DNA of 63,697 nt, filler included, from Lenisia limosa (taxonomy: Eukaryota; Protista; Breviatea), in assembly GCA_001655205.1 (NCBI GenBank). It is 8 parts of 8 records of this genome, joined end to end, with 100 filler letters (N's around TTAATTAATTAA, not from the genome) between each part and the next. Parts side by side here need not be neighbours in the genome. Positions count along the whole stretch, not along the records: positions 1 to 20,849 come from LPNZ01002478.1; positions 20,950 to 27,657 come from LPNZ01011017.1; 6 more parts are not named here. One strand, given 5' to 3'. Under the pieces are notes generated by a model that was given only the letters and a program-made list of their open reading frames with translations, did not search any database and was not told the DNA's origin. The translations under genes were made by a program, and so were the position numbers. Every line of letters starts with the position of its first letter. The stretch's first letter is position 1. Shown here piece after piece: positions 10,801-21,059 of the stretch.

Positions 10801-13720
10801 ACAACGATGTACTACTTTAATTGGGAATTTCAATGTTGGGGGAATGGATAAAGCCTTATGCCTACTGCTTGGAGTGGCAGTCATGCCAAGTAGACAGTGG
10901 GATTCTGAGTGCTCTCTAATCTTTTTGTTAACCTAAGAAATTAGTAACTCCAGACATCAAGTCATGACAGACCTCCATGTAGGAATGCGATTTTGTTGCA
11001 TGATGCGCTTCATCAAATATGACAACCTTCAGCTTTGAACAGTCCATCGCTCCCCTACATTAAAATCCCAGTGAAAGATGGGCCATTTCACAGATTACAA
11101 CCACATTCGCTGAGACCCTCTCAAACCTTTCGATTTGGTTGAGGGCTGCTTGAGCTGTCACAACAATTACACGGCATTTTCCAATCTAAACTTCCCATAA
11201 AGCTTGGTGCAAACACAGAATGACTCTTTGACACAAAACATGAAAATATGTCATATATACTATGATATGGCATGATAAAATATGTCATGTATACTATGAT
11301 ATGGCATGATAAAATGGAAGTACTACATAAAATAAAAATATAAAGAGACGTGTGTTAATTCCGAAAACATTAGAAGTCCCACCATTGGAACAATTGCCTG
11401 TCGAGATGATGAGCCATTGAGCATTCCCACGTTGACAGAATTTGGCAAAAAAGACGCCAAGACATTAGCCTGAGATTTGATTACTTTTGGAGATGCAAAC
11501 AGAGTAAATTACAAATGAGAAGTACGGTATGCATGGTCTCTGCAAACTTGTTGTTCGACAAGGATTTTGGTATGAACAATGAAGAGTGCATCAATCGCTT
11601 TACTGCCTTCAGCTAATTTCGACTGACTTACAAGCTCACGGACAATCTACACACAGGTCATGTTGAAACTCAACACCCTGCAGCAAGGCGGATTTGAGGC
11701 ATTGGCATGATTGTTATTCCATATCAAAGTAGATCTTAAATAGGCGCCCAGAAGTAGCATATAACACACAAACCTCAGCGGCAACAACGGTTTTACCGGC
11801 ACCGGGAGGTAAGACAAGAAGTACTCCGTTGTTCTGGGAAAATAATAATCAGAATTAAGGATATGACCTGGAATAATCAGAACTAAGGATTTGCCCTGGA
11901 AAAAGCACTCTTACAGTACTGCTAAAAGGCGCTTTTGATAGTATGTTCCCAGTTCATACCTTTGTGTTTTGTTCCCAGAATTTATAGGTCTTGTTCAAGA
12001 TCTCCATTTGATAGCTTCTCAAAGTGAAGTCTGAGTGCTGTGAGTAATATGTTCAACTTCATTGAGACACCAAATTACATCATATGTTTAGAGAAGTTAT
12101 CCTGAAATTATTCTTTTCAATATATCTACAACTAAAGCAAACCTTATCCAAATATCAAAAGATAACACATAACCCAACCGTCTGCTTGACCTTTTCCTGC
12201 GATTATCAGAGAAGAGGGATCGGCATAATCCTCTTTCTGCAGGGTGAATACACAATGTAAGTTCTTCAAAATATCTATGCATGTTTGCTTTCAATGTACA
12301 TGGGGTCTGGAACTACAAAACACAATGACAACTGCATCAATTATGTAGCTATGAAAATGAACAAAGCTGCATTCTCACTACACTCTCGTTGGCTATTCGA
12401 CATTCCAACTTACAGCGAAATGCTCCGCGAAGAGATGTTGAAATTTATCTGGTATCTAAAAGTGATCAGTTGGTAAGTTTTCAATTTAACGAATCCATAT
12501 ATAAGCTATTTCAGTGTCCAGTCCCCAAACGATTTTAATAATGAGTGACCCAATACCTTGATCTGAGAGAGCGTCAGGCCTAACAGGCAGAAGTCTCTCG
12601 GTTTGCTGTTGATTTCTTTCATACACTTCTTCAGTCCCTCCCACCCTGTCACAATTATGCTAATTATGAAAAATGTGCAATGAGTCAGGGATGGAGAATT
12701 TATATTAGGATAAACGTAGCCTTGGTTTATAAAAACTCTCAAACACCATTTTTTGTTTAGGGTCGCACACACCGACAACAGACAACAACAAGAAATCGCA
12801 ACCCAGCCCACGGCCCTTTTTGAGAACGGCAATTTCTTTCGGATTGAGGGTTGGCAGAACAGTGTGGCAGGCTGCGTGGAAGCCAAGGTTCGCCAAAACC
12901 GTGGTTCTGTCCTGTTCCAGGCAGGTTTTACAGTTGAGGCATATGGACGAGTATCTATAGCATGAAGACAAGCAAAATCAAAACCAATCTCAACGCTTGA
13001 CCGCAACATTGGGCCTACTTGATTTTGAAGTCTCTATTCTTGCCATCTTGGAAACTATCCTCCTTCACATATTGCGTCGTGACCTGGAAAATAAGGTACC
13101 TCACAAATTTTACGTTATTTACGTAAATTTGCGTCAAAAAATATAAACTGTTAAGTACCTTCTCAAGAGGAGGTGATTAAAAATTCTAAAATTTACGTAA
13201 AATTTTCTGCAATAATCCGAATGCACACTGTAAAATTATTACGAAAATTTACGTAAACCCGAACGGTCCCTAAGCCAGAGTTATCTATCTCCACTTTCCT
13301 CACGTTCATCAAGGCAGCGCATTTGGCCAGGTCTGTTAACGCATAAGAGGCCCCGTTTTTGAAGTTTGTCAGGTCTGCTAGCGAAATAGGCAGGATGGTC
13401 TAAACAATGATTAGCAAATGGTTGAGAATTTTCCATGTATCCTCCTACTACTTGGCATTTGGAGCACTTCATATCTTGTGCGGCGGAAATTGATTGTGGC
13501 GGGAGACTAGAAGTGTGAGGATCAGAGCAAAAACTAGCCCCAACAACCTCCCAAACCCAACCGCTTGTTGAGCGGGAAGTTGATAAAAAGCTCCGTAGTG
13601 TCTAAATAGTAAAATCCACAAATGGAAATTGACAATTCTTCGGTTTATATTGGGAACCTTATTGCGTACCGTCGTTGATGGACTTGACAAATCCGATAAT
13701 CTTGTCGTCAGACATCTGTA
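7864..13720 (-). CDS. RIG-I/Dicer-family DExD/H helicase preceded by a RIG-I CTD-like Zn-binding domain
   Basis: Spliced exons give Q motif LRSYQME (~12010), motif I LPPGAGKTVVAA (~11790), Ia FIVHTKILVEQ (~11570), VLTAQAALN (~11150), II IFDEAHHATKSHSY (~11010), III LGMTATP (~10880), IV RILISTITRLTA (~8880), V VGTEGCISEGID and NLVIQFN (~8260), VI FVQ|MQGRAR (~8100), then a final helix and TAA at 7864. Upstream exons give CSKC...ICLNC...LGF...LPTLNPKEIAV...W. Confidence 0.85.
9882..9942 (-). repeat. Dispersed TIR-less repeat family U (cUUCGg hairpin); representative copy in a helicase intron
   Basis: Minus strand TATAATTCAATATCTCTTATAAGCATGATGGTGTAAATGGCTTCGACCAGATACAACCTT. Related copies at ~1, 5601, 19020, 23621, 54010, 54072, 54262, 56873, 57050, 58105 and 61148. 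Confidence 0.8.
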
Positions 13721-16330
13721 ATGTGAAAAACCAACGTCAATCACGAACAAAAAAAATGGAGGGAGTGGTTCCCAAATCTCACCACAGCATGTTGGTTCAC
13801 CGAAATAATCCTCCAATCCTTTGTGTCTTCAGCTTGCATTGCGTTGTCTTCATCATCGTCTTCCTACAAAAAATTAAGCTCATACATGATTGAAGTCTTG
13901 ACAACATTGGAACACACACCGATCTACAAATTATGCTCCATTGCACCTACTTCAATACAGCGAGCCACGAGAATGTCTGTGGGCTGTATGAGCCCCTCGT
14001 AACGGATGAGGCACTTTCCGCTGAATGTCGCCTAAGAAATGACTATTTTGAAGACATTGCTAGTGGAGTAAGGGGATCAACAAGACTGTCAATTATCTAA
14101 GTTGGCAGAAAAGGACGAGCTCCAATCCAAGTCAAACTCCTTTCAAAACCTTGACATACTCTGGTCGTTGACGAGGTGTCCTGAGAATCAAGACAACTGA
14201 CAAAGATTTCGATGTCCTTGAAGGATGCAGTGCAGTTTAATACAGATGTTTTGTCCATTTTCACAACAGGACAAAGTTCATAATCTACAGCATCAGCAGA
14301 AAAGCAAAATGTTGCATACCTTTTGGCCTGTCGCCTTGATAGACGAAAACATCTTGCATTGCTCCATCCGTGTCATCTATGTAGTAAACCCAGGAAGTTG
14401 AACTGTCAAGGTGTTTTCAATGAAGACGAAAGGTGACGCAAATGGGAATGGAAAACAACTTCTAAGAAGAATGGGGCAATTATTTTTCATAAAATATATT
14501 ATATAGCTATGTATCATATAGTACATGTATTACTCTGTAGTATCCCACTGTATATTATTGTATTGTGTAGGATATCATATCAAATCACAAGCTGGAAATG
14601 GATGGTAATTGGTTGAAAAGAACTTACGGATCTGGACCGTCTCCTTCATTGACTTAAGAAACTGTGGGTTAGGTCGATGAAGTAAATGTTGCGATGCTGA
14701 ATAGATGAGAGATACTATATCCAAAACAAAAAACGTAACACCATATTCCACAAAATATCCAACTTACCGAATTTGATTGAGTGAATTTGCAGACTTTCAA
14801 CTCGTATTGCGTCCACACTTTCGTTGTTTTCAAGGACGGCTGGATTAAATAATATAGTATATATATATGATGTGCTTCCCTCCGATCCCAATGTTGCATT
14901 TTCCTACGTTCAGGAGAAGACATGAGGAGATTGAGTGGAAGAGAGGATGCTTGGACATTTTCATGAGGCAAGGGGAGAGGAGACATCTGTGGCGGCATCT
15001 GTTCATCTTGGTACTGCAACACCTGGTTCAGATTGTCGGACCATTCGTTGTAAAATGCAGCAAGATTCCCAATGCTGGGAGTGAAGTTAAACAATGAATA
15101 TGTGAGGTTTAATTCCCTGTAACTTTTTCTAGGAATGTTTTATTGACAAAAATAATATTGGTCAAATATTTGTGAAAATTATTATAACAGAAAACAGGGA
15201 TTGACCACAGCCTACTAATCTGATCGCTCAGTTGAGCTGAACATTGTTGGGGCGACGAAAACAAGTTGATGGATTGGTTGGTTTGGTTTATCGTATGCCA
15301 CAGATCGTACACTACACTGTAAATACTGTATAGATATATTAGATCGTGTTTCAATATAATTTGGGAGCTTCCTTCAATATTGTCAACAAACGTGATCATT
15401 TATAACATGTGGAACTGACGTGAATTTGTCAATGTGTTCTCCATCCTTCTTCTTAATGTTCAGGTAATAAAGCCTTTCGCCCGGATCAGATTTGTTAAGT
15501 TTTTGCGCATTTGGAGAATACTCTGGGAACTGCTGATCAAAGAATCTAAAAAATGTGATTAACTGCATATAATACATACGTATTTCATTAATATGTGGAA
15601 ATGACTCCCTTTACTAACTTGTTTATTTTGCCCTTGACGATGTATGCCACACCTACATGTACATACAGGTTAGCATCACACAGAGGAGGATGTCAAAAGC
15701 TTCGATTACTAGTTATGCCCCTACCCACATCCAAAGTCGTCATTCGAGGTATATTGTCGGTACAGGTCTCTGAGTGTGTATTTACCAAACTCATTAAGTT
15801 GAAGTTCACCTTCATCCGGCCGGACAACTGAGGCCGTTTCCCAGTTTTCGTGGATAGTCAGGAACTGTTTTATTATCTAAAGATGTTATCATACTACAAG
15901 ATTATAAACAAAATTGGTTGAAATTACAAAATAAATACGTCTGAAGACCAAAGGAATACAACAGCTGTTTGGGAATGAAAGTAGCGGAAGGCTGAATCCT
16001 CAAATTATAACTTTGTAGATAGAATAGCTCAATGAAACAGAACTACTCAAGTGGGGTATTAGTGTATCTTACCTGACGAATAACCACATACTCATCTTGT
16101 ATTTCTACATGTCTAAACCTTGACTTCTTAACCACATACTCATCTTGTATCTTTACATGCCTAAACCTTGACTTCTTAGCCAGCTTGTATTTTTACATGT
16201 CTAAACCTTGACTTATTAACCCACTTTTTGAACCGTTTTTGAAAGGGGCAAATTCTTTGATTCGGTCTTTCGAGGTTTCTTGGACCCTTTAGCCTCCGAA
16301 GGAAGTTCGCACCCTTCATCTTCATTGATC
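13721..16330 (-). CDS. Unknown multi-exon coding region, possibly the N-terminal part of the helicase gene
   Basis: Phase-compatible exons such as IIKQFLTIHENW, RFFDQQFPEYSPNAQKLNKSDPGERLYYLNIKK, IGNLAAFYNEWSDNLNQ, WVYYIDDTDGAMQDVF and DYELCPVVKMD. One junction near 14410-14610 could not be closed in frame by hand. Confidence 0.5.
16070..16220. repeat. 40-48-bp tandem repeat anchored on a minus-strand donor site
   Basis: CTAAACCTTGACTT(C/A)TTA at ~16113, 16161 and 16201; minus strand reads CAAG|GTTTAG each time. Confidence 0.85.
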
Positions 16331-16702
16331 TGGGGGGGGGGGGGTAAAAGGATTNNNNNNNNNNNNNNNNNNNNNNNNNNNNNNNNNNNNNNNNNNNNNN
16401 NNNNNNNNNNNNNNNNNNNNNNNNNNNNNNNNNAGGTACAGAGATATACAGTTACTGAATAGTAAGGACAAGCATATCATATGCTATATAATGTGCTGAA
16501 GGTTAAGCGTGCTGTTCTCAAATCATCAACCATTATTTCATTATTTCATTACATTGATACAAAGTTGCTGCTATGTAAATATATAAAGCAAATGGGTGGA
16601 GATATGACTTGATGAAGAAAGAGCGTGAATTTAACCCTACCATCTTGTGTGCCTCTTTTGTTCTGAATCTTCCTAATAATCTTTTTATTCTTCTTTCTTT
16701 TA

Positions 16703-19700
16703 TGACTCAAAGGAAGAAAGGAAGAAAACTCGACTCTCCCATCTGATCCCCCTGAGGCTCCTCGGGCCGGCCAGCGACCATCGGGAAAGCGAAAGAAAAC
16801 GCAGGCGGCTAACTCATCGTCTATTAGATTAGTATGAATGCATCCCCAGGTATTATATGACCCCTACTATTAAAAACAGCTGAGCAGCAACAAACAACAA
16901 CAACAAGCGAGTGGAGAAGGAAAAAAAAAAAGTCAGAAGAACGAGATGGTTCCTGAGAAATTGGTGGTGAGCTTGAGCTTTTCATATCATCATATCATAT
17001 CTTTACTTGGATTATGCTTCATGATTTGTTTGTAACATTTCATATATATTTTATTTTATGACATAAATAGTGCAAACATATAATATACGTTAGAATGCTA
17101 TTTATTATAATGTAAGGGTCAAAAGAAATGTTACCTTTTAATTGAGATACCAGGATACCAAAAGGATGGAACGCTTCATTGCTGATGCGCACTGTCATCT
17201 CCACCTCAACCGAACATGGAAGCAGGTATGCACTAGACACTGTGAGATTCCAGGGCCTTGTTAATATTATTTTGAAATGGGTGCATCATTCAAGTTTATT
17301 TATATATATGCAGTCGTTGGCTACCTTAGAAAAGTGCTCTGGCAAGGTATGCAAACGTGTTTTTGGGTGGATCTTGTTGTATATTTTAACTATGGCGCAA
17401 CACCTATTCTTGAATGTATAGTCAAGCTTGTTGGAAAATGGTAGCAGTTGGCAAAAAGGGTTAGCATTTTCTACTTCTTTAAGCAGCAAAAACAAATTAC
17501 AGGAGAATAACGGAACTAACACCACAGGTTCAAGGAGTGTCATCATGTGGACTCTGTGTGAGAGATTGGCGCTGGATTTCAGCGATACAGCGATCCGATC
17601 AGCCTTTTGTTGTTGGTGGCGATGATGTTGTATATGCACAAATGATTGATATTAACTCATTTTCAAAATATTGTTGTGAATTAGCACACTCTATTGATGA
17701 TATTGAAACTGATGTTGAACCGTTAATAATATGTGCTGTTGTGAATGTCATTAACCGATGAGATTTGCTCCTCCAGGTCGACTCTCCCTAATGCTGTAGG
17801 AAACGCTTGCCTTTTTTGGAGCCCACCCTTGGTATATTTCGGAAGACGGGGAAGTCCCAGAAAAACATAGACACCCCGATGAGGTTTGCGATATTCAGAT
17901 ACGCATATTGATTCATTTGATGGTTTAATAGTTTAGTTTTGAATTTACTTAATATGATATGAGTTTTATTTCTGTGAAATGGATATAAATAATACCCAGG
18001 TCTGTGCATCATTTGAGGCCTTGGTTGATCAGTTATCTGACAGTGACAAGCAACTGATCCATCCCACATCGGGTGGGCTTGGTTCAGTACTCAACACATA
18101 ATACATTAATCTTGTTTAATGATGAACAGGCTTTGCCAGATTGACCTTCCTCACTTCACTTCTTGTTAAGAGCTGATTGTAAAGTGTGTAAATCATATAT
18201 TACAATTCAGTGCTATGAACTCATAATGCAGACCTTGGATTTGACGCAGAAGTCCTGGAGAAGTACCTAATTGCTCATCCCGCTGCCGGAATAGGTCTGA
18301 GTGTTTTGAGATGTTATGCAACATACTAGAAGCGGAGCTCGATCTTTGATCTTAAAATAATGAGACTTGGAGGATTGAAATGGATTGCAGTCATTTCTGT
18401 CTTACATTGTCCAGGAGAAATCGGGCTCTGTCGAATGTCATTGGCACCTAGGTGAGTCATTGGAGCTTTCTGATATTGTCTATCAGATGAATGGCTTTGA
18501 ACAGTGTACAGATGAAATAATAGGGTGACTTAGTATTGTTTCGTATTGTAATTTTGTGTATAGTTGAGTTATGTCAAATTCTTGTTTTACATATTGTTGC
18601 ACTTCACACTTTAAGTGAGATTCAAGAGGAGGTATTTGCCGCACAAGTTGCGCTTGCAAGGAAGCATCATCGAGTTATGTCAGGTGGGAGGATGATGCGG
18701 TGCAGGGGTGTGGCACCATCGAGTTATGTCAGGTGGGAGGATGATGCGGTGCAGGGGTGTGGCATCATCGAGTTATGTCAGGTGGGAGGATGATGCGGTG
18801 CAGGGGTGTGGCACCATCGAGTTATCCTCAGTCGATATATTAGACATAGCTACATTGTTGACTTTTCAGTGCACTGTGTCGGACGCTATGATAGGCTATT
18901 GGCAATTATCTCAAAAGACGGCCCTCTCACTGCACCCGCTGTTCTTCATTCATACTCGGCTGAGAAGAAAATGGTCTGATGATCTGATATGACAATGAGA
19001 AATATATAACAGGGGTTTATCTGGCCAAAGCCGTCCACACCGTCACGCTTTACAACTTTGTGTCTGATCCACAACTACATTGATTTGAAATATCAATATT
19101 ATGGTGATGATGTTGGTATCATATTTTTTTTTTGTTCACCTCTTTAGGCCCAAAAATTTGTTTCAATTGGATGTTACTTCTCATTTGGATCTGGAATCAT
19201 TGATAGGGTTAGCTGAACTGGGTTGCAACGTGTACATTATCTCAAAACACTATCTGTATCACTGTTACACTAAATACATGTATACATGTACATTTTGATG
19301 CCTCAGAGTAAAAGAGCTCTCAAAGCTCTATCGTCGGTTCCACTCTCTCGCGTTCTTGTTGAAACTGATTCCCCGTGTCTTCTTGCGCAGGGTTTGGAAC
19401 CAATGTAGGTGTTGGATATTGCTCCGATATACTTTTTCATGCTCTGAAAGTTTCAAATGTGACCCTTTTGAGTGATGATTGGTCGCTATTGTTGCCCTCA
19501 TTCCTTGTCACCAATCAGGCCGTGTGTTAATGGTGGAGGGTCACACCCGTTGCATGTTACCAACGCGCTTGAAGCAGTTGCTGAGCACATGGAACGTCCA
19601 CTTGAAGGTGGAGAAGTTGTGGTCATATAACCAATATTCAATCAACATCATAACGAGTCACCCCCCCCCCTTCGTCTTGACAGTGTAGATATTGAGTCCG

Positions 19701-19942
19701 TCATCTCCAGCAACAGTTATCAGGTTTTCAAGACAATTTGGTCAGAGGAGACCCCAAGCTGGAACCAAGATCTCGGAGAATTGGTGAGGTTCATTCTTTG
19801 TAATCAAGCGTCAGGTTTCAGGAGTATGAGATGTAGCACTGTGTTGATGTCGTAGGCGAGTACCCCGGAAGAAACGCAGCAAAACAAGCTGCGGCAAGAA
19901 AAGGCCAATAAGAAGCAAACACGGACAAAGAATTCGAACTAA
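16703..19942 (+). CDS. tatD: TatD-family DNase, multi-exon; start may be 17166 or upstream
   Basis: FIADAHCHL (~17172), FFGAHPW (~17810), GEIGL (~18415), IQEEVFAAQVALARK (~18620), VHCV and VLHSYS (~18870-18960), PLSRVLVETDSP (~19340), stop TAA 19940-19942. Confidence 0.9.
18684..18831 (+). repeat. 49-bp tandem repeat, 3 copies, each unit GT...AG
   Basis: GTGGGAGGATGATGCGGTGCAGGGGTGTGGCA(C/T)CATCGAGTTATGTCAG at 18684-18732 and 18733-18781; third unit 18782-18831 ends CCTCAG. Confidence 0.95.
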
Positions 19943-20116
19943 ACTGGCCATCACCCAAGTACTTGCTCTCCTGTCCATCAATGATGTCGATGCCAAAGTG
20001 TGCCAATCAGTCTCAATTTCGTTTTGCCTATTTATATATTTATTGATTCATTTCAAGCCCCACAATGGTCAAAGAACAATAATATATAGTGAAGAAAGAG
20101 GCGAACTTTGCAACAA

Positions 20117-20841
20117 TTAGGCAAGGTTCTTGCGGCAGAAGTCCTCAATACGGTCGAAGGCCTAAAGAGTCATTTTCAGCAGCCTGAACAATCTGGCTCG
20201 AGTACGAATTACCTGTAAAAATTTGGCTGTTTTAAGAATTTTACACTAAAACCCAAGGTAATAATAAACGAAAAACACACGTTATTCTCCCTTAGGTAAT
20301 ACCCCCCAACAGACCTTGCTGAGAACGTCCTTGGGAGGAGCAAGGACAATACGGATGAAGTTCTTCATGCCGAAGCACTGGGGAGTGGCGTGAGGTAACA
20401 AAGGGAATCTCAATATAAAGGTACTGTTCACAACAGAATAATCCGATTAAAATAGCATGGGGGATGGAAGAAAAAAAGCGGATGTCTTGCATGCATAACA
20501 CCATTAAAAGTCACAAAAAGCGCCAACCTGGCCGGGGAGAACGACAACAGCCTGGTCCTCAATGAGACGCTCGTAGAAGTCGGCGTCGCTGTTGATGGTG
20601 TCGTTGAACGCATCCACGTCAACACCAATCTAAGAGGTGAGGTCGTCTGTTGCATCACTATGGGTTATTTGACACGTTACACACTTTGACCAATCGTGAA
20701 GATCGAATTACAACTCACATTGTGTTATTACAGTAGTATCTTCAATACAGAGGAAGCATGAAACTGAAAGCAAACCATATTGTACATAGCGCCTTGAGGC
20801 TTGATAACCTTGAGGCCGGGAACGGTGGAGAGGCGCTCCTA
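20117..20841 (-). CDS. TAT: Tyrosine aminotransferase (class I PLP), 3' exons only; the rest is lost in a gap
   Basis: ERLSTVPGLKVIKPQGAMYNM | IGVDVDAFNDTINSDADFYERLIEDQAVVVLPGQ | CFGMKNFIRIVLAPPKDVLSK | AFDRIEDFCRKNLA*. Confidence 0.85.
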
Positions 20842-20849
20842 TGAGAATA

Positions 20850-20949
20850 NNNNNNNNNNNNNNNNNNNNNNNNNNNNNNNNNNNNNNNNNNNNTTAATTA
20901 ATTAANNNNNNNNNNNNNNNNNNNNNNNNNNNNNNNNNNNNNNNNNNNN
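20850..20949. other. Artificial 100-nt scaffold spacer (44 N + TTAATTAATTAA + 44 N); also at 27702, 33897, 46153, 50201, 53581 and 57524
   Basis: Identical 12-mer centred in equal N runs seven times; encodes stops in all six frames. Confidence 0.97.
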
Positions 20950-21059
20950 CACCACCACATCCCATTACGAGTTAGGGGGGGGGGGGAAATATTTCATGTA
21001 GTTTGAACAAATAAAAAGTGCCTTAACACCCTGCCATCATTCGATATTTGCTAAATACT

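Noticed and set aside
7864-12050. Calling the helicase a Dicer or a type III restriction helicase
   Set aside because: Translation stops shortly after motif VI, with no PAZ or RNase III. Motifs TAQ..LN, DEAHHA.K.H.Y and QxxGRAR fit the RLR/Dicer clade rather than ResIII, and the gene is intron-rich.
14410-14425. In-frame TGA suggesting UGA=Trp/Sec recoding
   Set aside because: Conserved Trp positions in AMMECR1, BEACH, TatD and WASHC3 use TGG, and TAA/TAG terminate TAT, WASHC3 and RPL26. An unrecognised splice junction or sequence error is simpler.
19811-20006. Minus-strand ORFs in the track
   Set aside because: Antisense shadows of the last TatD exons.
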